A stretch of 64,000 bases of DNA. Source: Longimicrobiales bacterium (GTDB lineage Bacteria > Gemmatimonadota > Gemmatimonadetes > Longimicrobiales > Gaopeijiaceae). Under the pieces are notes generated by a model, which was not told where the DNA came from, did not search any database, and worked only from the letters and a program-made list of their open reading frames with translations. This document shows, piece after piece, positions 37,530 through 48,200 of the stretch. A program made the translations under genes and the position numbers. How positions within the stretch are numbered: position 1 is the first letter of the stretch; every line of letters begins with the position of its first letter. The stretch spans positions 256,001-320,000 of the forward strand of contig CBDCNQ010000003.1 of NCBI GenBank assembly GCA_965219445.1. The letters are read 5' to 3'.

Positions 37530-38633
37530 CTACTCGCCTCCGCCGCCGGCAGCGGTCGCCCTCGACGGATTCAGAATCAGCTTCTGCACCCGTGAGTTTG
37601 AGCTCTCCGCCACAAAGAGGACGTCTTCCGAGGGGCAGGCGAGTCCGTGAGCCCCGGAGAACTCTCCAAGATTCCGCCCAGAGTTGCCGATGACCCCGAG
37701 CACCTCGCCCTGGAGCGTCGCCTTGATGATCCGTCCGGGGAACGTGGTCTCGCCCACGTAGATGACGTCGCTTCCAGGCGGGATGCAGAGCGAGTTCGGC
37801 GCGCCGTTTGCGCTCACGTTCGTGAGGTCCGTCGGGGTAGCACCGTTCACCGCCTTGGAGCCGGGGGCGATCGGCGTGGCCACGCTGAAGATCCGCTGCA
37901 GGTTGCCGTCCGTGTCGAAGACCTGAATCCGAGCGTTCGAGCGATCGCCGACGTAGACGTTGTCGTCCCGGTCGATCGCGATGCTGTGCGGGGTGCGTAA
38001 CTGGCCCGGCCCCGTGCCGGGCTCACCAAAAGACATCACCCAATCGCCGTTCATGTCGTATTTGGCGACTCGGGAGTTGATGTATCCGTCGGAGATGTAG
38101 ATGTTGCCTCGCGAGTCGAAAGCCACGTCCGTGGGCTCTCGGAAACGCCCCTCTTGAGGGGGAAGCGGGGGATTTTGACGCTCGATCGGGCGAGCATTCT
38201 CGGAGCTCGACTCCGCCTTGCGGCCGAAAACCCAGACGACCCGGCCTTCGGGGTTCATACGGACGACCATGTTCGAGCCCTTGTCCACCGTCCATATGTT
38301 GTCGTTCGCATCGATCCTGAGCCCGTGCGCGAACGCCCATGCGTAGAGCCCCCTGCCGTGCTCTCGGATGAATTCGCCCGACGGGCTGAACTCGAACAGC
38401 TGGGCCGCGTGAATGCTGTACGCAGGACCACCTCCGGTTGGATTGGAGCGGCTGAACACGAAGATGTGACCCTGAGAGTTGACGGCCACGGCCGGTACCT
38501 CACCGAAGTTCACTCCAGTGGGTAGCCGGAAGAAGTCCGGCACGGATTCCAAGGGAATCTGGGATACGTTTTGCGCGTTTGCCGGCGATACAACCACGAT
38601 CAGGGCCACCAGCGCGGTAACGAGCTTCTTCAT
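37530..38633 (-). CDS. Exported NHL-repeat beta-propeller (peptidyl-alpha-hydroxyglycine amidating lyase-like)
   Basis: Signal peptide; AHGLRID, PTDVAFD..GNIYISDGY.NSRV, PHSIAID, DRSNARIQVF. Confidence 0.85.
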   Translation of the reverse strand: MKKLVTALVALIVVVSPANAQNVSQIPLESVPDFFRLPTGVNFGEVPAVAVNSQGHIFVFSRSNPTGGGPAYSIHAAQLFEFSPSGEFIREHGRGLYAWAFAHGLRIDANDNIWTVDKGSNMVVRMNPEGRVVWVFGRKAESSSENARPIERQNPPLPPQEGRFREPTDVAFDSRGNIYISDGYINSRVAKYDMNGDWVMSFGEPGTGPGQLRTPHSIAIDRDDNVYVGDRSNARIQVFDTDGNLQRIFSVATPIAPGSKAVNGATPTDLTNVSANGAPNSLCIPPGSDVIYVGETTFPGRIIKATLQGEVLGVIGNSGRNLGEFSGAHGLACPSEDVLFVAESSNSRVQKLILNPSRATAAGGGGE

Positions 38634-38900
38634 TGCTGTTCTCCCGGCGTGTCACTGACATGAAGATCCTACAGCAGGCCGGCGAGCGTACTCGCCGCGG
38701 CCACCCCCTGTCAAGCTCGCCGCCGCCGGTCTGGCCCGGCCATCCCCGAACCCGGAAAACCACCTTTTCCGATCAGTCCCTCTGGGGCGGCATGAGGTCG
38801 CTCATTCCCGACTCGGCGGCGCGTGCCAACTCGCGTCGGCGCACGTATGTTCCCATCCGATTTCACGGGTATTTGCTGGCCGCGAAAAGGAGATGGCGCG

Positions 38901-39866
38901 ATGAGCAGATCGACCGACGCTTCGTTCCCGCAGACGTGCGACCGGATTCCACGGGCCCGAAGAAGCTGGTGCGTCGCCTCATGGACCGCGCTTCTCCTGC
39001 TTCCGCGGGCTGTGCAGGCACAAGAGGGAGTCCACCTGAACCCGGTGATCGCCAGGCTCGAGGCGGGAGAGACAGTGTACGGCCTCAGCACGCAGGACCT
39101 TTCCCTCTCTTACGCGCGCCAGGTCGCGCGGGCACCGGCAGACTTCATATATGTGGACATGGAGCACAGTCCTATGGATTTTCCTGCCTTGAGGATGTTC
39201 CTCCTGGCGATGGCCGATAAGCAGATGGTCCTCAGGAAGGGGAACGTGCAGCCCAACGTCAGTCTCTTTGCGCGCTTCGCGCCGCCGCCCCACGAATCCG
39301 AATGGGTCGTGAAGCAGGCTTTGGACCTCGGGCTGTACGGAATCATCTTCAACGGCGTGGACATTCCGGAGCAGGCAGCGTTCGCGGTCAGCACCATGCG
39401 TTATCCCCAGCTTCGGGATTCGCGTTATCCCGAGCCGAAGGGGATCCGGGGCTCCTCCGCGGGTAACGCGGCGTGGGCGTGGGGGGTGAGCTCGCAAGAG
39501 TATTTTCGGCGAGCCGACCTGTGGCCGCTCAATCCCGACGGGGACCTACTGGCCGTGATGATGATCGAGTCGGTCGAAGGCCTGCAGAATCTCGATGCGA
39601 TCGCTTCCACTCCGGGCGTCGGGGCTCTTTTCCCGGGCGCCGGCGGCGACCTGAGTCGCTCCCTGGGTGTCACTCAAGGGTCGCCCGAGCTCGAGGAAGC
39701 CTTCCAACAGATCCTTGCGGCCTGCAACAGACACGACGTAGCCTGCGCCATCTCGGCGAACACGGGTGAGGATGTCGCAAGGCGGGTACGGGAGGGCTGG
39801 CAGATCATCCGCACCTCGGTCACGGCGGCGAATGAGGGCCGCGCGATCCTCGGCGACGGTCTCTAG
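38901..39866 (+). CDS. HpcH/HpaI aldolase family protein, probable signal peptide
   Basis: DMEH, ALDLG..GI, MRYP, GIRG, MIES..G..NLDAI, DL..SLG. Confidence 0.8.
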   Translation: MSRSTDASFPQTCDRIPRARRSWCVASWTALLLLPRAVQAQEGVHLNPVIARLEAGETVYGLSTQDLSLSYARQVARAPADFIYVDMEHSPMDFPALRMFLLAMADKQMVLRKGNVQPNVSLFARFAPPPHESEWVVKQALDLGLYGIIFNGVDIPEQAAFAVSTMRYPQLRDSRYPEPKGIRGSSAGNAAWAWGVSSQEYFRRADLWPLNPDGDLLAVMMIESVEGLQNLDAIASTPGVGALFPGAGGDLSRSLGVTQGSPELEEAFQQILAACNRHDVACAISANTGEDVARRVREGWQIIRTSVTAANEGRAILGDGL

Positions 39867-39949
39867 CCCTGAGGATCGAGACAAGCGCCATTCATCGCAC
39901 CGGCCTCCGCGAATCGCACCGGCCTCCATTGAAGCATTCGCAGCAAGAC

Positions 39950-39985
39950 GATACCGGCCCACAGACAGATACCGGCCCACAGACA
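39950..39985 (+). repeat. 18-bp perfect tandem duplication
   Basis: GATACCGGCCCACAGACA twice, just upstream of the POT transporter start. Confidence 0.9.
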
Positions 39986-39990
39986 TTGGA

Positions 39991-41514
39991 GTGGTTTTGA
40001 GTACGACTTCCGAGTACGCGACAACTCTGACTCAAGGGTCGGGCGGAAAAACGTTTTTCGGACAGCCGAGAGGGCTTTCCACCCTGTTCTTCACCGAGAT
40101 GTGGGAGCGCTTCTCGTACTACGGAATGCGGGCGCTCCTGATCCTTTTCATGACGGCGGCCTCGACCGGCGAGAATCCCGGCCTCGGTCTCGACGTGGGT
40201 ACGGCGGCGGCCATCTACGGGTTATACACGGGCCTCGTCTACTTGATGTCCCTGCCTGGCGGCTGGGTGGCCGACAACTTATGGGGGCAACGTAAGGCCG
40301 TATACGTCGGTGGATGGATCATCGCGGCGGGCCACTTCAGCATGGCCGTTCCGACGACCATGACCTTCTATGCCGGCCTGGTGCTCATCGTTCTGGGGAC
40401 TGGCCTCCTGAAGCCCAATGTCAGCACGGTCGTCGGAGATCTCTACCCCGAAGGCGGAGCGGCTCGCGACGCCGGGTTCTCGATCTTCTACATGGGGATC
40501 AACCTAGGCGCGCTCGTCGGCCCCCTCCTGTGCTCATTTCTCGGTGAGGGCTACAACTGGCACTGGGGATTTTCCGCCGCCGGATTCGGCATGGTATTGG
40601 GGCTCATCCAGTACAAGCTTGGTTCGGGCCTGCTGGGCGACGCCGGACACCTCAAGACCAACGACACCGAGGCCGAGCTCGCCGCGAAGACCCGGAAGTT
40701 CTTCGGTGGATTTTTCGCGATCGCCGCCACGATCGCGTTTTTCGGCTGGCTCGTCGCTCAAGGGATCATACCACTGACGCTGACGCAGATCGCTACTGTG
40801 CTCGGCAGCAGCATCCTGATCATCGTGGGACTCTACTTCGCGTACATCCTCACCCTGGGCGGCCATACCGGCGACGAGAAGAAGCGTTTGATCGTCATCC
40901 TCTGGCTCTTCATTCTCGCTGCGATCTTCTGGTCCGGCTTCGAGCAGGCCGGCTCGTCACTGAACTTGTTCGCGCAGGATCTCACGGACCGAAATATCTT
41001 CGGCTGGCTCATGCCGGCGGGTTTCCTCCAATCCGTGAACGCGGGCTTCATCATCATCTTCGCCCCTGTTTTCGCATCCCTTTGGGTGTGGCTCTCATCC
41101 CGAAACGCGAACCCGTCGATTCCGCTAAAGTTCGCCTTTGGCCTGCTCGGCCTCGCGGCAGGATTCTTCGTCATCGCTTGGGGAGCGTCGAACGCCACGG
41201 CCACGAACCCGGTCTCTCCAGCCTGGTTGATCGTGATGTACTTCCTCCACACCATGGGAGAACTCGCCCTGTCGCCAGTAGGCCTGTCGTCCATTACCAA
41301 GTTGGCCCCCGAGGGTCGAGTGGGTCAGATGATGGGCATCTGGTTCGTCGCGACCGCCCTGGGGACCCTGGTCGCAGGACTCGTCGCGGGCAGCCTGGAA
41401 ACCCTCGCTCCCTTCGCCCTCTTCCGTACAGTCGCGATGCTCCTCGCGGCGACCGGCATTGTCGCGTTACTCTTGAGCCCAAGGGTGAATAAGCTGATGG
41501 TTCACGTGGAGTAG
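39991..41514 (+). CDS. POT-family proton-dependent oligopeptide transporter
   Basis: FFTEMWERFSYYGMRALL (ExxERF), GLLKPNVS, FSIFYMGINLG, GEL.LSPVGLS. Confidence 0.92.
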   Translation: MVLSTTSEYATTLTQGSGGKTFFGQPRGLSTLFFTEMWERFSYYGMRALLILFMTAASTGENPGLGLDVGTAAAIYGLYTGLVYLMSLPGGWVADNLWGQRKAVYVGGWIIAAGHFSMAVPTTMTFYAGLVLIVLGTGLLKPNVSTVVGDLYPEGGAARDAGFSIFYMGINLGALVGPLLCSFLGEGYNWHWGFSAAGFGMVLGLIQYKLGSGLLGDAGHLKTNDTEAELAAKTRKFFGGFFAIAATIAFFGWLVAQGIIPLTLTQIATVLGSSILIIVGLYFAYILTLGGHTGDEKKRLIVILWLFILAAIFWSGFEQAGSSLNLFAQDLTDRNIFGWLMPAGFLQSVNAGFIIIFAPVFASLWVWLSSRNANPSIPLKFAFGLLGLAAGFFVIAWGASNATATNPVSPAWLIVMYFLHTMGELALSPVGLSSITKLAPEGRVGQMMGIWFVATALGTLVAGLVAGSLETLAPFALFRTVAMLLAATGIVALLLSPRVNKLMVHVE

Positions 41515-41523
41515 CAGCGGCCG

Positions 41524-42153
41524 GTGAGTGAGTCGCGCTACCCGATTCCCGCCCAGATTCATCGAGTCGAAGAGACGATCAAGCGAAGCCGGTTCATCAC
41601 GACCCTGTCACACGCTCCGGGATCGCCCGTGGCTCATGAGTTCGTGAAGAAGATCAAAGAGGAGTTCCCCGACGCCACCCATAACTGCTGGGCATTTGCA
41701 GCAGGCCCACCGGGATCGACTTCTCAGGTCGGGCTCAGCGACGATGGCGAACCGCACAATACAGCGGGCAAACCCATGCTCAACGTGCTTCTCCACGGCG
41801 GAGTCGGTGAGATCGTGGCCGTGTGCACCCGATATTACGGGGGCGTAAAGCTGGGTACGGGCGGGCTGAGCCGGGCGTATTCGTCGGGAGTGAAGCTGGC
41901 GCTGGACGCCCTTCCCACCGAGCCCAAGATCGACAGGGTTCCCGTCACAATCGTGATCGGATACCAAAACGTCACCGAACTCCACCGCATCATTGCCGAG
42001 ATGGAGGTCGTCTTGGAGGCCGAGGAATATGGTGAACTGGTGCAGTTCCGGTGCGCCGTCCCGACCGTTACGTTCGAAGCGTTCGCCGCGGCCGTGGCCG
42101 ATGGCACCGGTGGGACGGGATCGGTGACGAAGCGATCGGGAAGCTCAGCCTAG
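41524..42153 (+). CDS. YigZ/IMPACT family protein
   Basis: IKRSRF, ATHNCWA, SDDGEP..TAG.P, RYYGGVKLGTGGL.RAY. Confidence 0.9.
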   Translation: MSESRYPIPAQIHRVEETIKRSRFITTLSHAPGSPVAHEFVKKIKEEFPDATHNCWAFAAGPPGSTSQVGLSDDGEPHNTAGKPMLNVLLHGGVGEIVAVCTRYYGGVKLGTGGLSRAYSSGVKLALDALPTEPKIDRVPVTIVIGYQNVTELHRIIAEMEVVLEAEEYGELVQFRCAVPTVTFEAFAAAVADGTGGTGSVTKRSGSSA

Positions 42154-42230
42154 TGTCTTTGGCTGGACATACACCTCTTCCACGGTAGATTCGACGTTCC
42201 CGAAAGTAGGACCCACCATAAGGATGGCAC

Positions 42231-42929
42231 ATGCGATTCTGCGGCAAATGGACGGCGATCTTCGCCGTAACGACTCTGACCGCCTGCCAGGCCGGTGATA
42301 CGGCTTCCCTCGAGACCGATGACGAAATCGCCAGCTACGGCTTCGGACTGGACATCGGCCGCTCCCTCGAGCCCACCCGGTCTCATCTCGAGCGGGATGC
42401 CCTCTTCCGCGGCATCGAGGACATCCTCGACGGGCGTGACCCGGTGATTCCCCTAGAGCGACTCACTGAAGTGACGCAGCGTGTGGGGTCAATGATCCGA
42501 ATGGAACAAAATGCGGTGCGTGAGGCCATGACAGAAAGCAATAGGGTGGAGGGCGAGGCCTACCTCGCAACGAATGCCGATAAGGAGGGCGTGACCATTA
42601 CCGACAGCGGACTTCAGTACGAAGTCCTCCGAGAAGGTGAGGTAGGTGGCGCTCAGCCCTCACCGACGAATCAGGTGACGATCCACTACAGGGGGACCCT
42701 CATCGACGGAACGGAATTCGACAGTTCCTATTCGCGAGGGCAGCCTGCCACCTTCGGCGTGACCGGCGTCATTCCAGGCTTCAGTGAGGGCCTTCAGTTG
42801 ATGACAGTGGGGAGCCAATACCGTCTGGTCATTCCCTCGGATATAGCATATGGGCTGCAGGGCGCCGGAAGTGACATCGGACCCAACGCTGCGCTGATCT
42901 TCGAGATCGAACTCATCGAGATCATCTGA
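42231..42929 (+). CDS. FKBP-type peptidyl-prolyl isomerase (FkpA/FklB-like lipoprotein)
   Basis: LTAC lipobox; SGLQYEVL, HYRGTLIDGTEFDSSY, VIPG..EGL, FEIELI. Confidence 0.92.
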   Translation: MRFCGKWTAIFAVTTLTACQAGDTASLETDDEIASYGFGLDIGRSLEPTRSHLERDALFRGIEDILDGRDPVIPLERLTEVTQRVGSMIRMEQNAVREAMTESNRVEGEAYLATNADKEGVTITDSGLQYEVLREGEVGGAQPSPTNQVTIHYRGTLIDGTEFDSSYSRGQPATFGVTGVIPGFSEGLQLMTVGSQYRLVIPSDIAYGLQGAGSDIGPNAALIFEIELIEII

Positions 42930-42953
42930 CGCCCTCCTGGCCCGCCCTGGCGT

Positions 42954-43478
42954 CTACCAGCCGAACCGCGCCAGCACGGACTCGATGAACTCGGTCTTCG
43001 CCCGCAAGTATCCGGCGGCGTCGGCGTGCGGGGCGAGATCGATTTTGATCTTCGCGTAGGCGGTCCTGTCACCGGAGTCGTGCTTGAGCTGGTCGCGGAA
43101 AGCGAGGTGTCGACCAAGGTCGGGAGAACCCGCGACCGCAGCGTACAGGTGATGCGGCGAGAAGTCCCTCTTGTGCGCGAGAAACGGCACATCCGGCCCC
43201 TTTCGCCGGAAGGTCTCTAACCCCGGCACGCCTTGATCCCGTTCGTAGATGTAGCCCAACCGGTCGAGTCCACCCAAGAGGGCGGGCAAACCGGACTCTT
43301 CTGGAACGACGACGCACAGGTCGAGTAACGGCCTCGCCACGAGTCCCGGGACGGCGGTGCTCCCGAAATGTTCCACCTCGAAGGCCCCGCCCTCACCCTC
43401 CAGCTCGGAGCGGAGACAGTCACGGATTTCTCCAAAACGCTTTGGCCAATCCTCGTTGTAACCGGTTATCGTGATCAT
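42954..43478 (-). CDS. GrpB family protein
   Basis: Y...WP..F, EHFGSTAVPGL.A.P..D, HHL, FRD.L, Y...K. Confidence 0.8.
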   Translation of the reverse strand: MITITGYNEDWPKRFGEIRDCLRSELEGEGGAFEVEHFGSTAVPGLVARPLLDLCVVVPEESGLPALLGGLDRLGYIYERDQGVPGLETFRRKGPDVPFLAHKRDFSPHHLYAAVAGSPDLGRHLAFRDQLKHDSGDRTAYAKIKIDLAPHADAAGYLRAKTEFIESVLARFGW

Positions 43479-44977
43479 CCCACGGTAGCCTCCGCTTCGA
43501 TCCCGACCAGGTACTCGTCTCCGATGAGACCCGCCTGGATCATTGTATTGGCAGGCCGTATGTGACCAAACCGCTCTCCATGCACCCGAGCCACGGCTTT
43601 CCACATGGAAGCATCTCGAATATACACCCGAGTGCGGACCACATCCTCGAGATTTGCTCCAAGAGACTTGAGCGCACCCTCGATCTTGTCGATCGCAAAA
43701 TGTGCCTGGGCTTCCGGGTCCGCTCCCCCGATCACGCGTGACCTGTGGGTCGCCGTCGTGCCCGAAATCCACACGTCACCGTGTGACCGAACTGCACGGC
43801 TGAACCCAGCGGTCTCCTCCCACGCCGTCCCGGTGAGAACCATGCTCCGACGATCAGCGCCCCGTTTCGTCTCATACGGGCGAGGAAAGGCCTCGAGGTC
43901 TCGGTCCGGATCACCGGTGGCCGTGAGGAACGGGGCCCTTCGATACTCATCCCCGCAGTCGCCGGGAAGGGGATCGAGTCTCGTCATCGCGTACTCGATG
44001 TCCGATCGATCCTTCTTCGTGAGCGACAACCCGAAAACTCTCAGGTTGTCCTGTATGTGCTCCTTCTCCCCGACTCGGGCTCCAATGATGATCGCGCCGA
44101 CGGCAGGCAGATCGAGCATGTAGCGACATGCGACGTTGGCGATGGAGGCTTTGCGCTTCTTCGCGACACCGTCCAGAGTTTGGAGGATGTGCTGAAAGGC
44201 GTCCCATCCCCCCGCCGCTTGGATGAGACGCCAGTACTTCGCCTCCGACCACGTCTTCAAGTCCTCGAGCTCTGGCTCAGCCGCCCCCAGCCAACGCTTC
44301 GTGAGCAGGCCTCCGGCCAGGGTCCCGTATACCAAGAGTTTGATATCGTGCCTGAGGCAAAGATCCGTCATGCCGATTCGAGCTCTTTGGTCGAAAATGG
44401 AATACGAAACCTGGTTGGACACGACATCGATTCCACTGGTCAGCGCGATGCGGAGATGGGCGGTATCGAAGTTCGTGAGTCCGAGCTGGCCGATGAGTCC
44501 CTCCTCCTTCAGGTCCTGAAGCCAAAAGAGGCAATCGAGCCAAGCCGGGTCAGCGTAGCTCCAAGCGTCGAACTGAAGAATGTCGATTTGTTCGGCCCCC
44601 ATCCGGCGCAGCGACCGTTGCACCGCCCCACGGACATCCTCGAAGTTGATGGGGCCGGGCTCAGGCACCCACGTCGTAATCAGTTGCGCCTCGGAACCCC
44701 GTGGGTGCCGCGCATGGAGGCGTCCGGCGATCACTTCCGCGGATCCATAGCCGTCCGCCATCGCGAAGGTCGTGAGGCCCGCTTCGAGATAGGGAACCAG
44801 AGCATCGGACGTAACGTCGGGATCGAGCGCATCACCGTCGCGCTCCATGTCCGCGATCTGCCAGAGTCCGGTTGATATCCTCGATACAGTGAATCCCGGC
44901 GCTAACCCGACGCGCTCCACAGCATCATCCATCGGCCCGCTTATCGGCCTTCGCATCGGCCTACCCATCGGCGTCAT
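43475..44977 (-). CDS. Aldo/keto reductase domain fused to a C-terminal RidA/YjgF domain
   Basis: GLWQ, LGLTNFD, SNQVSYS.FD, YGTLAGGLL; C-terminal WEETAGFSRAVR..ISGTTA..VVRTRVY..HGERF..IRPANT. Confidence 0.8.
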   Translation of the reverse strand: MTPMGRPMRRPISGPMDDAVERVGLAPGFTVSRISTGLWQIADMERDGDALDPDVTSDALVPYLEAGLTTFAMADGYGSAEVIAGRLHARHPRGSEAQLITTWVPEPGPINFEDVRGAVQRSLRRMGAEQIDILQFDAWSYADPAWLDCLFWLQDLKEEGLIGQLGLTNFDTAHLRIALTSGIDVVSNQVSYSIFDQRARIGMTDLCLRHDIKLLVYGTLAGGLLTKRWLGAAEPELEDLKTWSEAKYWRLIQAAGGWDAFQHILQTLDGVAKKRKASIANVACRYMLDLPAVGAIIIGARVGEKEHIQDNLRVFGLSLTKKDRSDIEYAMTRLDPLPGDCGDEYRRAPFLTATGDPDRDLEAFPRPYETKRGADRRSMVLTGTAWEETAGFSRAVRSHGDVWISGTTATHRSRVIGGADPEAQAHFAIDKIEGALKSLGANLEDVVRTRVYIRDASMWKAVARVHGERFGHIRPANTMIQAGLIGDEYLVGIEAEATVG

Positions 44978-45220
44978 CCTCCGGTGTCATCATCCTCTGA
45001 ACAGTCCCGATCCGAAGAAGGGACGGTGACGGTTGTCCATTCCGACACGCTCGAAGTGGATTCGAGGTGGGACCGTGTGCATGAGGTTGGCGATGGTTCG
45101 AGAAAAAATCCAGTACCGGGGAGCCCCGTCCTCGGCGAGCATCGGCCATTCGACGGGCCTCTTGTGCTTGAGCCCCGCGCAAGAAACTATGGGAGGAACT
45201 CGAGACACCTAAAACGCAAC

Positions 45221-48200
45221 ATGACGAACACCATCCCACCACGACCCCTCGTGGGCCGCACCCACGAGCTCGACGTCCTCGGCCGAGCCCTCACTTCGGC
45301 ACAGGGTGGATCGGGAGCAGCGATCTTCCTCAAGGGCGATACGGGCACCGGCAAGTCACGTCTCGCATCCGCGGTGGTCGAAGAGGCCACACGCGTCGGC
45401 TTCGAGACCATAAGCGGTCAGGCGTATCGCATGGACACCGGCGTTCCCTATGGGCTCTGGTCCAACGCGTTTTTTCCGAGGTTGCGGGAGATGGACGACG
45501 CCACGTTGACGGTGTTGACCCGCGGAGGCGCAGAAGAACTCTCGATCGTGGTGCCGGGGCTACGTTCCGGTGGTGCCGCTGAGCCCGTCTTTTCGTCGGC
45601 GGGTCCCGGCGAGCTTCGAACACGCATTCAGTGGAATTTCACCGAATTGCTGCGAGGGCTGAGCAGGAAGAGTCCGCTTCTGGTCGTGCTCGACGACCTC
45701 CATTGGAGCGATCCCTCGGGCCTGGACCTGTTTCACTTCGTTTCACGCCAAGTCACCGAGGTTCCCCTCGTTCTCCTAGGTGTGTACAACACGAAGGAGC
45801 TCGTCCACAATCCGGCTTTCCAAACGATGGAGCGACCGCTGCTGTCCGTTTCGGGCTCAGAGGCGCTGGACATCGGACCGCTCTCGGTCGACGAATCGGT
45901 GGACTTGGTTCTCGGCACGTTTCAAGCCGACGCCGGCATTGCGGAACCGCTGGCGCGGCGTGTCCATGAACGCGCGGCAGGGAATCCCTACTTCGTGGAG
46001 GAGATTCTCAAATCACTCGTGGACTCGGGAAGGCTCTTTCTACAGGACGGACGGTGGTTGGGTTGGGAGGTGGCGGATCTGGACCTCCCGGCGTCGGTCA
46101 CGGAGGCGGTTTCTGCCCGATTCGGCGAGTTGACCTCCGCGGCACGAGAGGTCGCGAATGTCCTGGCGGTGGCAGACACCCGGGTAGACCACGGGCTCCT
46201 CAGCACGGTGACCGATCAGGCCGAGGTCGACGTTCTTGCGGGCCTGGATCAACTGCGGACAGAGCAGCTCATCGAAGAGGCAACCGAGGGAGCGCACATC
46301 GTATACCGGTTCGTACATCCCTTGGTGCAGGAAGTCATCTACACCGAGATGGGGCTCGCCCGTGCTCGAGCCCTCCATCAGGGAATGGGCGAGGCATTGG
46401 AGCACGGAGAGGCATCGGTGATCGACGATCCGGCCCATGCCCTGGCCTATCACTTCTCCCGCGCCGGGGGTGATGACCCTCGGGTCGTACGGTACCTGGC
46501 GGCCGCGGGACGAGACGCGCTGGAAAGCCGGGCAAACCGCGAGGCCGAACGGTTCTTGAGGGAGGCGACGGAGCGGGTCGAGGCCGGAGCATTCACGGAA
46601 GAAGATACGGGCGTTGAGATACTCCGGCTGGAAGAGGATCTCGCGGGAGTGCTCCAACGACTCGGCGAGTACGGCCGAGCCGCAGACCATTGGAAGGCAG
46701 CCTTGAAGATCACCGTCGAGCGCAAGGACGACGCGCGCGCGGCCGCCCTCCACCGCCGGATTGGGCAGGCTGCATATTTCCGCGGCCTGTACCAGGAGGC
46801 AGTGAGCTCGTACACCGAGGGGCTGGAGTACGCTAAGGCGGCGGGTGATCGGTCCATCGAAGCCCACCTCCGTTTGTACATGGGGATCGCTCTTCAAGAC
46901 CAGGGGAATGCCGACGAAGCGCGGGAAGAGATGGAGACCGCACTGGCTGTCGCCGAAGCTGTGGCGGACCCGGGTCTGTTGGCCAGGGTCCGGCGTGGGC
47001 TGATGACCCATCACACCTGGCTTGGAAATATCGAGGAGGTGCGCGAGCACGGGCGCGAGGCCATCACCCTGTCCCAGCAGGCCGGAGACCGGCAGATCAC
47101 GTTCTGGGTCTATTGGCAGCTGGCGGTTCTCGAGGGCTTCCTGGGCGAAACCGAAGTGATGGACCGCCGCATTCAGCAATGTCGTGAAATCGCGAAGGGG
47201 CTGCGGTCTCCGGTTTTGGATCTCTGGACCTCGGACGTTTTGCTCGAACACGCGATGGCCGCAGGGGAGTGGGAGAACGGCATCGCCCTCGGAGAGCAGG
47301 CGGTGGCCCGGGCACGGTCTCTCGGGCAGGACGCACTCCTTCCGCGGCTTCTGGTGTTCCTTTCGCTGATCTACCTCGGGCGCGGAGAGATCGAGCGCGG
47401 CCGAGCTTGCGTGGACGAAGCGTGGACGATGTCCGGCGCCTCCTCCGGCGACCACTCCCGAGTGCACCTGGTGGTGCCAGCTCATATCGGGATGGCCGCT
47501 TACCATGTAGCTGCTGGAGAGTATGAGGAAGCGATTCGCGTCGGTGAAGCGGGGTTGGCCATCGCAGAGAACACCGGGTTCATCATCTGGGCGGCACATC
47601 GTCTTCTGCCGTTGATCGGCGAGGCATACCTGCAGATCCATGACGCGGCGGCCGGCAGCCACATCGAGCAGCGCATGCGGCGTTATGGCAAAAAGATCGG
47701 CACCCGAACCGGCTTGGCTTGGCTCAGCGCTTTCGAGGCAGTCAAGATCTGGTACAGTGGCGATATCGAACGAGCCACCGTGTTGCTACGCAAGGCCGCC
47801 GAAAGCCTCGAGGAGGTGCCCATGATCTACGACGCGGCTCGCCTGAGGAGACAACTGGCCGGCAGGCTCGCGGATCTCGGCAAGAAAGACGCCGCCCTTC
47901 AGGAGCTCCGTCGGGTGCATGACGTCTTCCAAAAAATCGGCGCGCAGCCGGAACTGAAGAAGACGCGCGGGATGTTCAGTGAGTTGAACACCCGGCCCCC
48001 GAGCATATCCAAGGGCACCGGAGCGGCGGCCCTGTCACAGCGGGAATTGGAGATCGCACGCCTGGTGGCTCGACGAAAGTCGAACAAGGCCATCGCCAAG
48101 GAGTTGGGGATCTCACCGCGAACGGTGAGTACGCACCTTTCCAACGTGTTTCAGAAGCTCGAGATCGGATCCCGCGGAGAGCTGGCCGACTACGCCAGGG

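Noticed and set aside
44930..44977. Four 12-bp ATCGGC-containing repeats at the AKR-RidA 5' end
   Set aside because: Short local slippage giving alternative Met starts; no evidence of function.
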